DNA of 43,144 bases from Cercozoa sp. M6MM (lineage: Eukaryota > Protista > Endomyxa: Ascetosporea). Location: NCBI GenBank assembly GCA_040357565.1, contig JBDODJ010000092.1; one strand, written 5' to 3'. This document shows, piece by piece, positions 27,591 to 43,144 of this stretch. How positions within the stretch are numbered: the first letter of the stretch is position 1; the number at the start of each line of letters is the position of its first letter. A model generated the notes under the pieces. It saw only the letters and a program-made list of their open reading frames with translations, made no database searches and was not told the origin of the DNA. The translations under genes were made by a program, and so were the position numbers.

Positions 27591-29973
27591 TCAGCGACAC
27601 TCGTCGTCGTCATGCGAGCGAGATTGCGGTCGCGACTGCGAAAACACGTAGGCGTGTGTATGTATGTATGCATGCATGTGTGTGTGTGTGCGTGTGTGCG
27701 TGCGCGCGCGCGCGCGCGTGTGTGTGTGAAACAACCGTACCTTGACAGAAAAAATGAGGCGCGCATGCCACAGTACATGGAAGGACAAGAGCGCCCACGA
27801 CGGCAGCGGTGTCAGTTGCGACAGCAAAGCAACTGCGAGACAGATGATTACAAACACTAAGTGCAGCCACTCACACAAATAAACACGTACAGAGGATGCG
27901 CAAGAAGGCGTCTCGTCGTGGCATAACGCGCGCAAACACGAGCACGGACGCGGCGCAAAAGGCGGCGTGCAGTGCCATCATACCCGTGTCAGTGACGCCG
28001 GTGTGTACCTCAACAAATGCGGTCGCGACGGTGGCATCCGCACTTGCACCTGCAGCACTCGAGGTGTCCACGGCAAAGCGCAGTGTCGTGGAGGCCATGC
28101 TGTAGGAGACCAAGTCGCCCAGACAGTGGCACACCATGAAGGCGAAGTGCAGCACCTGCAGACTCATGTACGCAAGTGTACAGCAGGGAGGCTGTATAGA
28201 GCTATGTTACCCGTACTTGCCACTCTGCGATACGGAAAGTCGTGATTTCAATGTCGTGTGCTGTGCCGGTTTTGGAGACGGCATTGTCAGCGAAGTAATA
28301 GCCACGTGTTGGCAATGTGCCCAAAGCGGTGCGCGTGACCATCATGGCCACGACATGTACCAAAGTCATGAGCAGCAGCATCTGCAAATGCATTGTTTTA
28401 ATACATACCTGTGTGTCAGCGGGTTGACACACAGACACACAGACACACACACGCACACAACACAGACAGACACACAGACACACAATTACCTCCCAGGTAA
28501 CAGTGTGTGCCAGCAGCGGCCGACGCAGAGCAACAAACACGTGCAGGAACAGAAGCAGCAGCAAGGCCACCAGCAGTGCGAGAACTGCCACCAGGCGAGG
28601 CACGACCTCGTCTGTCTCGCCGCCTGTCATCGCACGCACGAGCGACGCCACTCGCGTGCGCCACTGCGACCATTTGTCTGCGCACGTTGGAACAAAGCGT
28701 AAAGCGTGCATGACAGATCAAAGGTCAAAACCGGTGTACCAGGAGCACCAGTCCGCAGCTTCTGGAGGACAGCGTGTGCCTGCAACCGATCGACAACGCA
28801 GTGTGTCACAATCCATTTGATCTGCACTCAAACAAGCTAGATATGCACGCATAGACCCGCATGGCATGGACGATAAAAGCTAAGGCAACATGGTACAGCA
28901 ACCTCCTCGCGGAACTGCAGCAGCTGCGACGCGACAGGTCTCAAGCGCGCAGCCAACTCTCGCGTTTCCTGCTCATCGCATTCGTCGTACTCATCGTCAT
29001 TGCTGCTATCGCCATCGCTTTCATCCACAGGCAGAGCCTCGTGTGTGTGATCAGGAAAGCCGAAAGTGAAGTCTTCGTTGTCATTGAGAGGCACGTTTGA
29101 GTAGCCACTGATGTTGTGTGCAGTGGTGCCATTGTTGCCACTGCTGATGTTGCTGTGGCCGTTGCTGTTGCTGTGAGGACTGATTCTGGTTTGAAGAGGA
29201 GAGGAGCTGGCCGGACGCATCTGCTTGGGATCAAGCACATGCGCGTAGTCGCAGCTGTCGTTGTCGATGTCGCTAAGTGGCGACACGTTGAGCGATCCCT
29301 GCCGGTAAGAAAATCGACTGACCGATTCTGTATCTAAAGCAAAAGTATGAAGGGTCGTACCTCAGGTGTATTTTCATCCACGATACGTGAGCGCATCTGA
29401 GCCTGCTGTTTACGGAGTGTCTCTTCCGCGCGCTGTGTCAGCAACTTCTGCCTGCAAAAGAAAATGCGCACGGTTTCGTTGCGGTGCAGGCGGCTTTCCT
29501 ATGATACCTCAGCGGAGTGTAAGTCCGCGTACTGTTCGCTCTGATAACAAACTTTCGCGCTGCGCACACATCGAACAACGTCAGCGCCATTCATGCGTTT
29601 TGCACTGTGGAAATGGTACGCGTGCGTTGGCGCGGAGCATACGGGTTCACAGGCGACTTTTTGGGTACTGCAAAGCACGTGAGTATGCGTAGTTGTGGTG
29701 ATTATGGTGGGGTGCAAGGCTAACCATACGTGGTGGCACGGGACTGCAGGTGTCAACTCGACGACTCAGCTCGTTCAGCGAGTGCTCTTCGCGCTGCAGC
29801 CGCAGGTCCATCGCCAAATCTCGCTGCAACTGCATTAAAAAGCAAAATCAGCTTTTCGAAGGAGCCTGCACACGGAACGTGAGTGGATTGACCTGGTGTG
29901 CCTCGTTGGGGCGTCTGTTCCGACGCCAGTTCGTTCCACCGAACCGAGCGACCACCGACGGCTTCTGTTTCAT
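27591..29973 (-). CDS. Uncharacterised multi-exon membrane protein (disordered N-half, several TM segments in C-half)
   Basis: Long exons bounded by GT/AG: a Ser/Asn/Asp-rich exon (29300-28900) and hydrophobic exons LVAVLALLVALLLLLFLHVFVAL, LQVLHFAFMVCHCLGDL, LVFVIICLAVALL. No family recognised and both ends are uncertain. Confidence 0.6.
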
Positions 29974-30446
29974 GCAAAAAGGGGCGTCAGTTGCCAATTC
30001 GAATCCATAAAATCAACCAGTTGCCTCACAGCCAGTGCTACAGCAACTCGCTACAGCAACTCGCTCTCACCCGGTTGATCACAAAAGGTCCAAAGTTGCA
30101 CGCGGGGTAAGACTCCCGCAAAAACGGTGATGTAACCGGATCGCGGATCGCGGATCGCGGTGTGGGGTGCAGAAAACGTACCATTCACTCGATCAAAAAC
30201 TCGATCAGTGATCCGAACAAAATGCCAGTCAAACCCCGCCCACAAAGAGTAGGACAGCAAGCAAAGTGAAGTTGCACCACGCGGTGTGGCACGTCTGTTG
30301 GCTGAGGTGGCGCAAGTGCAGCTCGAATCGTCTGGCTACAATCAGTGTCGTACCTACAGTACTGTACAGTGTGTTTTTGTGTCTCGGGGTGATTTTTTGA
30401 TTTCCTGGGGTGCGCACAGGCGGTTTACTTCAATTTTGGTGGTGAA

Positions 30447-31757
30447 ATGCGCACCTTTGAGCAGTTCGTTTGCAAGCACACACGATTCTTGGTGGTACCC
30501 AATGGATGTTGTTATGAACGTCTGTTGTGTCATCTTCTTGTCGTCAGGTGCTAGCTCTCACAGTATTACTAAGTGCGTTCGTCGTGTGCGGCATCATCGC
30601 GAGCAGTAACGGACACGTCAGCTTTGATTCTGTCGACGACTGGCCACATTTGAGTAACCTCGGGGTACTGTATCTTGCTTTTGCGACGTTAATGAAGTGC
30701 GCGTACAGTAGACACAACATAACATCGATATGTGCGTAGGCGAGGAAACCAGAGCACATTGTTTTTGCGTGTGGCTTGACACTGGCGGCGTTCTTGGTGT
30801 GTTTGCGTGTCTGTACGTGTTTGTGTGTGTTCATGAGTGTACTTTTTATTGATATTTGGTATAGTTGGCAGTTGTCATTGTTGTCTATGCCCGGAAACTC
30901 AGTTCACTCGCACGTAGTGCATCCGAAAATGATGCGGTACACTCCTCTACGCCCTGACTGCGTGCGTGCACTTATCTCTGAGTGTAAGTAGAAGCGGTCT
31001 ATGAGGTTTGTTCACGTCATTCATTTGGCCGGTTTAGCTGCTGCTGTAACTTAACAATAAAGTCGAGTGAATCTAAAATGTACGTGTGGATATGTAGTTC
31101 GGATTATCTTCTCTGTCAATTTTACCGCTTGGCTCGTCCAACGAGCACGTTGTTGATGCACACAACGCCTCCGCTGCAGGTATCGATATGACATTCGACA
31201 CCGTTTTTCCGTGACAGTAAATTGACAGTTTCAATTGACAGTTTGCTTCGTGACGCTCCTGATCCTAAGTGTAACAAATAACTATGCCAGCTTTCTTTTT
31301 AACGTGCCTCCCTTCACATGCGAGTTTTCTCCGAGGTATCCAGGTTTAACCACTCAATCTCGTGCCAAGTACAGTGTCTTGTTGTTCACTTTCTGTAAAT
31401 TACTGTATTCAGAGTGCAGAGGCAGTGTTGGATGCCTGCAATTTCCGGCGTTGTGTTTTACATTGCACACGTGTCTTCGCCACATGCAAAGGGTAGATAA
31501 ATCGTCTCCACAACCACCCACGTGCGCAGACACATTTTGTGAGCAGGTCTTCTGCAGTGGGGCGCGGCAGCCTCGCTCCTGGCATACTTTGCTGCCGCGC
31601 TACCGCTGTTTGACTTGAGTCAGCATTTCTCACCTACTGGTGCGTTACCCCATGTCCATTGCGCCACAGAGAGGTAACCCGTACTTGTGACTTGCTTTGG
31701 GTAGCTTCAGCATCGTCATCGCTGGTATCTGACGTCTCTGGGCCGAGTGAAGCCTAA
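30447..31757 (+). CDS. Frag1/DRAM/Sfk1 (TMEM150-like) membrane protein
   Basis: TM1 VLALTVLLSAFVVCGIIASSNGHV, then WPHLSNLG|ARKPEHIVFACGLTLAAFL (resembles PxISxxGxxxPExxxF). A late TM reads WGAAASLLAYF. Middle exons only partly resolved. Confidence 0.6.
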
Positions 31758-32468
31758 AACTATCGTACCTGTGGACCGAACTGCGCTGCACCCGTATCGA
31801 TCCGTTGCCCAACGTCGGCGGGCCGGCCCGGCCGTTTTAATTCCTGGCACAGTGGTGGGCTGGGAGTGAGGAGAAGTCGTCGATCGTCGGCAACGGCGTT
31901 TCGTCGTCTTGCTGTCGTCCGTCGACTGCCACTCCTCACCGCCTAATTAAACACGCACAGACAAACATAGATTTTTAGGACACCAAAGCGGTGGTGGCCG
32001 AGGCTATATCGCAACTGGCTTTCTCCTCCATACCTCTCTCGTGATGACATGTAAGTGCTCTAACGTAAGTTGCCGATGTTGTCGAACTTTGACGCCAAGG
32101 GAGCCTGCGTGGATGCGACCTCGTACCCAAACGACGCACGTTTAACGGCTTCGTGTAACTACATGCAACATCACCGTAACAGCAACATGTTGTGACTATT
32201 GTAAATAAATAACTCGAGCATTCGGCTGCCAACTGGCGGAGACTCGCCGATCTTCTGCGACTCCTGGTGCTCAGCAATGGCGTTGGCTCGTCGGTGCTTT
32301 TGTCGTCGCCAGCGAGAGTGATAGCCGAACCAATGATGGATTATAACACCCTACACACAACATATGATGCCAGGTAAGTTGTTGGTTTGGCGTATTCCAT
32401 CAGTTCCTTTGACTCATTTCATTCCATCAGTCGGGGATTTGATTTCTTAATACCACTCAGTTGGTTCG

Positions 32469-32501
32469 GTTGGTTTCTTAATACTGAACGTGAACCAACT
32501 A
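32469..32501 (+). repeat. Dispersed 33-bp intergenic element, copy C
   Basis: GTTGGTTTCTTAATACTGAACGTGAACCAACTA; same three blocks and same total length as copies A and B. Confidence 0.7.
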
Positions 32502-32577
32502 ACTGCACCTGTGTTACCAGGCGCATGGCCATGTTGTGTCTACGTGCCACATTTTCCTGGTAACCTGCATGGGTGTT

Positions 32578-33667
32578 TCACCAGAGTCGCGTCGACTCCC
32601 GTCCCAGCATAGATAAGAGAAGATGAGACACGAAGAGTGCCACCAAAGGAACGATGACGTTGTCCGCTGCAGTAGAAATTAGGGACTCTGCTAGGGCACT
32701 ACACGGAATACGATAGGTCATTGAAATTGCACGTTTTACGCTGTGCGCAAGAACTGGAACTGTCATTATAAGTACCTTGAAAGCATACTGACAAGCGTGA
32801 CGCACACGGGAACAGAACCAAGCTCAAACAGCAGGAGTCTGCCCAAGACAAGCTGGACCAGCACTGACGCAAGGAAGAACGATGTAGTGCCTCGAACGCT
32901 TTTGCGCTTGTTCCACTGAAGCAGACAAAGCACACTTCGGCAATCGAAACCAAAGAGGAGGTGGGTGAGAATATACGGGTAACCGCAGTGTGGCAGAGCG
33001 ACCGAAAATATCAGCTACACCGTCGCCAATACAGAGGGCGACGACAGCATGTACCGCAGACGGCGCGTTTCGATGTCCATACAGTAAAGGTAAGCACGCA
33101 TGCACAATGCCGTACAGCAGCGGCCCCTGCGTACAGGGAATCACGACAGGCGCGTCGATGCCCATACAGTAAAGGTAAGCACGCATGCACGATGCCGTCG
33201 TACAGCAGCGGCCCTGTACATGGGACATTACTGTACCTCAAGCAGCTCCTGTCTGTGGCCACTTCGACTCACTGTATCGACAAGCTGGGCCGCATATCGC
33301 CCTGCTCGGCCGCTTCCGACTAGCGCAAACACAACAGCCGACACCAACGGCACAGCTGCCACCCAGCCATACGCAGTCTCGTCAAACAAAGGCCAGCACA
33401 GGACGAAGACGGGACCAGTCTACGAATTGAACGCTCACACATTGATCCAGTACAACAGTATAAAAGCACGCCTGATAAGAAAAGTTAGGGGGGTATGGGT
33501 AAAGAGGCAGGAGAGATAAAGCGGAAGAAAGGATAAACCCAAAGATGCATGAGTTTGCGCGATGTATGTCTCGATATGCCGCGTTTCCTGGCAAGGACGG
33601 CGAGAGCCAGCATAGCTGCATTTGCTGCACCTGTGATCACAAACGCCACCGGTGCCGACAAGGCCAT
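32578..33667 (-). CDS. Farnesol/phytol kinase-like CTP-dependent isoprenoid alcohol kinase (FOLK/VTE5 family)
   Basis: SRKLMHL, TGPVFVLCWPLF, VSRSGHRQELLE|GPLLYG, LCIGDGVADIFGR, KSVRGTTSFF, AESL...DNVIVPL. Confidence 0.88.
33062..33220. repeat. Tandem ~70-bp imperfect duplication (87-bp period) spanning a splice acceptor of the FOLK-like gene
   Basis: CCATACAGTAAAGGTAAGCACGCATGCAC...GTACAGCAGCGGCCC occurs at ~33062-33135 and ~33149-33220. Confidence 0.9.
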
Positions 33668-34033
33668 TTTTTAATATCGACTTGGCAAGCGAGAAACTGG
33701 AGCAACAAATAGTAGGAAACACGGAAACGGTAAAAACATTTGAGTACTTGTAGGACACAATTATACTAGTCGCCCTTGTACAGAGTGGGGTGCTGTGCCT
33801 ACTACGGGCGTGTCACTGTGCCTTACTGTATCACAGACGAAGGCGTTCAACCAGTGATTATTGTTTGAGACGAGACGTAGTCGAATAGCTGGACATGACA
33901 GCTGCCAGCTGCGAAGCGAGCTGCCCGTCGCGGCGTATACGGTAACCAGACAAAATCAAACCGTGACTGAAAAAGTCCGTCAAACGAAAAAACACGGCAG
34001 GGCAGCTGTGTCTGCACCTCAAGAGTACGGCAA

Positions 34034-34818
34034 TTACTCCGTCTCCTCCGTTTCGTCGCTCGTCTCGATCGAGCCAGGAAGCAGGTTGCTTGCGGCAAAG
34101 TCGAAGTTTGCGAGCTTCCAAAAGTTGCGCAGGTAGTCCGGTCGGCGGTTCTGGTAGTCCAGGTAAGCAGCGTGTTCCTGCACATTGAAAGAGACCAAAC
34201 ATGAAGCAAACCCAGAGGGGCAGAGCAATATGACAGGGGTCTAGTCAGTACCCAGACGTCACACACGAGGAGCGGTTGCTTGCCGTCACGCAGCGGGTTC
34301 TCGGCGTCGTGCGTGTCAACGATCTCGAGGCGCATCGTCTCAATGTCCTGGACGAGCCAGACCTGCGCAAACGAGACGTGCAAACGCGCGGAGTCTGTCA
34401 ACAACAAAAAAGAACTGACCCAGCCGCTGCCGAAGTGCGCGGCGCCCTTGGCCTCAAACTGTGATCGGAACTGCGCAAAATAACGTCGGCATTCGCCGGT
34501 CAAACTAATTTGAATAATTTAGGGGCACTGTGCGTAAGCTACCTCGTCAACGGAGCCAAAATCACGCTCGATGAGCGCCAGCAAGTCGCCCTCGGGCTGG
34601 CGCAGCCCAACCTCGTCGCCTTCCACCGTGGTGCCTTCGACCGGCGCCTGCATCGACAGCCAGAAGAACGAGTGGTTCCTAAGCAGTCAAGAGGGGGGCG
34701 CGGAGCAGGCGATTTTGCNNNNNNNNNNNNNNNNNNNNNNNNNNNNNNNNNNNNNNNNNNNNNNNNNNNNNNNNNNNNNNNNNNNNNNNNNNNNNNNNNN
34801 NNNNNNNNNNNNNNNNNN

Positions 34819-34850
<32 letters not shown>

Positions 34851-35482
34851 GGGGGGGGGGGGCCCGCTTTGCGCAACAAAGAGAGAAGGCCAACAGTCGT
34901 ACCAGTGCTGCGCGCACTGGTTGAACAGAGGGCCGTGCGGCAGCTCCTCAACGAGCTCACGCAGCGAGCGCTTTTGGTGCTCCTGCAGCAAACCAATACG
35001 TTTTTACACACAGAAAACACAGAAAGCGAGAACAATGTACCTGCTGGGGACCCTCAAGAAGCTCGTTAGCCTTGTTGATGTAGGCCTAGCACACAAAATA
35101 TGAATTTGTATTCGGTTCAACTAGATACCGGGAAGTTACCTGGTGGTGCTTGCCGTGGTGGAACGACATCGTGCGCGCCGACATCACCGGCTCCAAGGCA
35201 TCGGCCTCGTATGGCAACTCGAACGTCTTGAACGGGAAGTAGAGCTGATTCACGGCCTGTCCGCAGAACCAGTTAGCCCCTTATTCACAACACTTTGTTT
35301 AAACCACCGATCACCTGGGCAGCCGGGCCAAAGTGCCGCCGGGCACTCAGATTCGCAACACGCCACGCTTGCATTGCTGCGTCAAGAGAAATTCGAAATG
35401 CGGCAAACGTGCAAAATAACACGCACACATGCTAGCAAGTGTGCAGCGCAGCAGTGTGTGCACACTGCAATCTGCGCGTCAT
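34034..35482 (-). CDS. Iron superoxide dismutase with probable mitochondrial presequence
   Basis: LPYEADALEP..SARTMSFHHGKHHQ|AY, FNQCAQHW|NHSFFW (Fe-type AQ), HFGSGW|VWLV, THDAENP, CDVW|EHAAYLDYQNRR. The N-terminus MTRRLQSMQAWRVANLSARRHF is Arg-rich and has no acidic residues. Confidence 0.93.
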
Positions 35483-35760
35483 GAGCACTGAATGCGCTCG
35501 GCACCAAGTAGCGAGCAAACAAAAAACAACCGCACGTCTTGGAATGATAATACGTCAGTTAGCAGACAGCTAGCACTGCGTACCTGCTAAGGGTCGATAT
35601 TAACACGCGTCCGTTTACGCCACTTCGCAGGTTGCTATTGAGTAGAAACCCAGGAAAATCTCGAGCCGACAAAACCAGAGCCGGAGTTAAATAGGGTTAT
35701 CGCGCCTTTCTCTCTGTGTACGCTTTTCGGGCTGCAAACGGTGCCAGAGTTTACGCTACA

Positions 35761-41261
<5,501 letters not shown>

Positions 41262-41664
41262 GGCCGAGTCGAGCGGATCGTTTAATTGTGCGTTTACGTT
41301 CAATTCCAGTCCGTTATAAACAATTGCAACCGAACCAAAAGCTGAGGAATTTTAGTTTTGCATTCATTATTGGGCGGGTCAGACGATAGCATGCGCAACA
41401 GCGATGGCGTAGCAATCCAGCTACATTGCACAGGTAGTTGAACTTGCGTTGAGTCGAGTAAATTACCGAGCCGGCCAGGCGTTGCAGATCTTCAGTTTCT
41501 ATTCACTTCCAACACAATAAACGAAACATCACGCCTGACGCCACGCTATCGGAATCGGATAGTGGACGAGATGGGAGACCGGACAATAGCTATTAATATG
41601 CGATTATGCGAATGATACTGCGGCGGCTCACTAATCCAATCAGTATTGGAAACTTCAGGAGAAG

Positions 41665-41759
41665 CCTTCCCGTTACATTCTGTGAAGGAGAAAGTATTTG
41701 AATAAATCATTCAGTTAAGATAAGTCGTCGCACAGTTGGAACTGAATGTAACGGGAAGG
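41665..41759. repeat. Perfect 16-bp inverted repeat with 63-nt spacer
   Basis: CCTTCCCGTTACATTC (41665-41680) is the exact reverse complement of GAATGTAACGGGAAGG (41744-41759). Confidence 0.9.
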
Positions 41760-41992
41760 TGAAATACCCGTCCTTGATGTGGCAATGTGTTTCAAAAACT
41801 CCACCTGAATCTACGGTCTAAGAAACTAACTATACGTACAAAGAAACTGATCAGAAAATGATCGGGAATTGATCAGAAATTGATATCAATTTGACTTCAA
41901 CTTGATATTGGATTTGACCCAAGCTGACGTCCGCGATCATGACGCGACCGGCACAAGACACCACGGCACGACATGACCGAGATGCGAATACA

Positions 41993-43097
41993 TTAGTTAG
42001 CGCGCATCCGTTGCTGTTCCCGCAGCCAAAGCGACAGCTTGGCCTTGTTGTGACCAGTGCTAAGCAGACACAAACACTGTAATGTGCACAACAACTCTTC
42101 GTATTTGGGAGATGGAAACGGTACACAGCCCGCAAGATGTCACTGATCGACACTACACCTGCACCAAGCAAAGCAAGTACCCCATGCAGAACGCAACGCA
42201 CAGACGCAAGTCTACCAAGAGGACGGAAGGCGCCATCCACGAGGAACACGCGGTGCAAACGAGTCTTGGCCAGACGCCGGATGAGCGTCCCGACAGAGTC
42301 GTTTAGTCTAACGACCACGACGGGGAAACGCGTCTGTGTAGCATACAAACGCAAACAACCTGTACTCCACAGACAAACACAGACACACCAACGCAGGAGC
42401 ACACCTGAGGGGCGAGCTGTCGCTGGCTGTTGCGCACACCAGCGAGGAAATCTACAACTCACATTGACCGGTACGGACGGACACAAGAAAACGTGCAGAT
42501 ACCTTGAATCGGCTGGCGAAGAGTTTGTCCTTGTTGCAACCACAGCTTGAGGTCACTCGACGATGTGTTCTGCACCTACGCGCGGAAACAACGTTAAACA
42601 CACACAGCCCACATATGAATACAAGCAAAGTCATCGTACAAGCACGCCGGTCTTGTTGACAACAGCAACGCCACTCTGTCGCGCACGCCGAAACGTAAGG
42701 CACTGAAGATTCCAGGACAACACACAAAGAGATACCAGGTTGCGCTCGGCCATCACTCGGAACATGACTGCACAAAGCATACACATGCACATGTAGACAC
42801 TTCAAGTGTGCGAGGGTACAGAGCGCGGAATCGTCGTCGCGCACGGCGTGAACGGGAGCTTGGACCTGCCCCCACAGTGCAAGAACATAAAGCGGTAACA
42901 CAGTAGATGCAAGCAGGCGCACCAGAGAAACAGGGTTAGCGGCACGCGGCTTGAACAAGTTCTTTAGCTGCAAGAGATAGCAGGCGCAGATATAGACACT
43001 CAGGCAAGAGAGAGTGTGCCGCACCAGTATGGCATTCAGCGCGGCACCGGCGGCGCTCTTGGCATAGGCGGCCTACGTTAGATAGGACATCTCCAAG

Positions 43098-43144
<47 letters not shown>
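41993..43144 (-). CDS. CBS-domain protein (AMPK-gamma/SNF4/Sds23-like), 3' part; starts beyond the right edge
   Basis: SGVAVVNKTGVL, SSSDLK, RFPVVVVRLNDSVGTLIRRLAKTRLHRVFLVDGAFRPL|GVVSISDILR. The probable last exon ends REQQRMRAN* at 41993. Confidence 0.75.

Noticed and set aside
34819-34862. C30-G14 homopolymer (possible G-quadruplex or hairpin) in SOD intron
   Set aside because: It abuts a 100-N gap, so its length and structure are likely sequencing or assembly artefacts.

Overview
Gene-dense, very intron-rich eukaryotic DNA, probably from a protist. This is inferred from the mitochondrial-type Fe-SOD and the FOLK-like kinase; the taxon cannot be fixed from this window alone. It is a draft scaffold with several N gaps. 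Splicing by hand at GT..AG junctions gives about 18 protein-coding genes in the standard code: an LRR protein (partial), cystathionine beta-synthase, UTP25, a zf-4CXXC_R1 protein, a tentative RPC31-like protein, a DHHC palmitoyltransferase, an FHA protein, neuroguidin, lipin (partial), an LRMDA-like protein (partial), a secreted class-3 lipase, an extended SDR, an unknown membrane protein, a Frag1/DRAM-like protein, a farnesol/phytol kinase-like protein, Fe-SOD, WDR36/UTP21 and a CBS-domain protein (partial). Most ORFs in the supplied track are exon fragments or microsatellite translations. No tRNA, rRNA, CRISPR array or transposase was recognised. The signals the gene list does not explain are: (1) a dispersed ~33-bp hairpin-like intergenic element in 3 clear and 2 partial copies; (2) an unusual splicing grammar with GTAC-dominated donors, AAG/GAG acceptors and intron-restricted, strand-biased TG microsatellites; (3) a 16-bp perfect inverted repeat between convergent genes; (4) a duplicated splice acceptor and exon start in the FOLK-like gene. 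All exon structures were assembled by eye, with no database search or RNA evidence.
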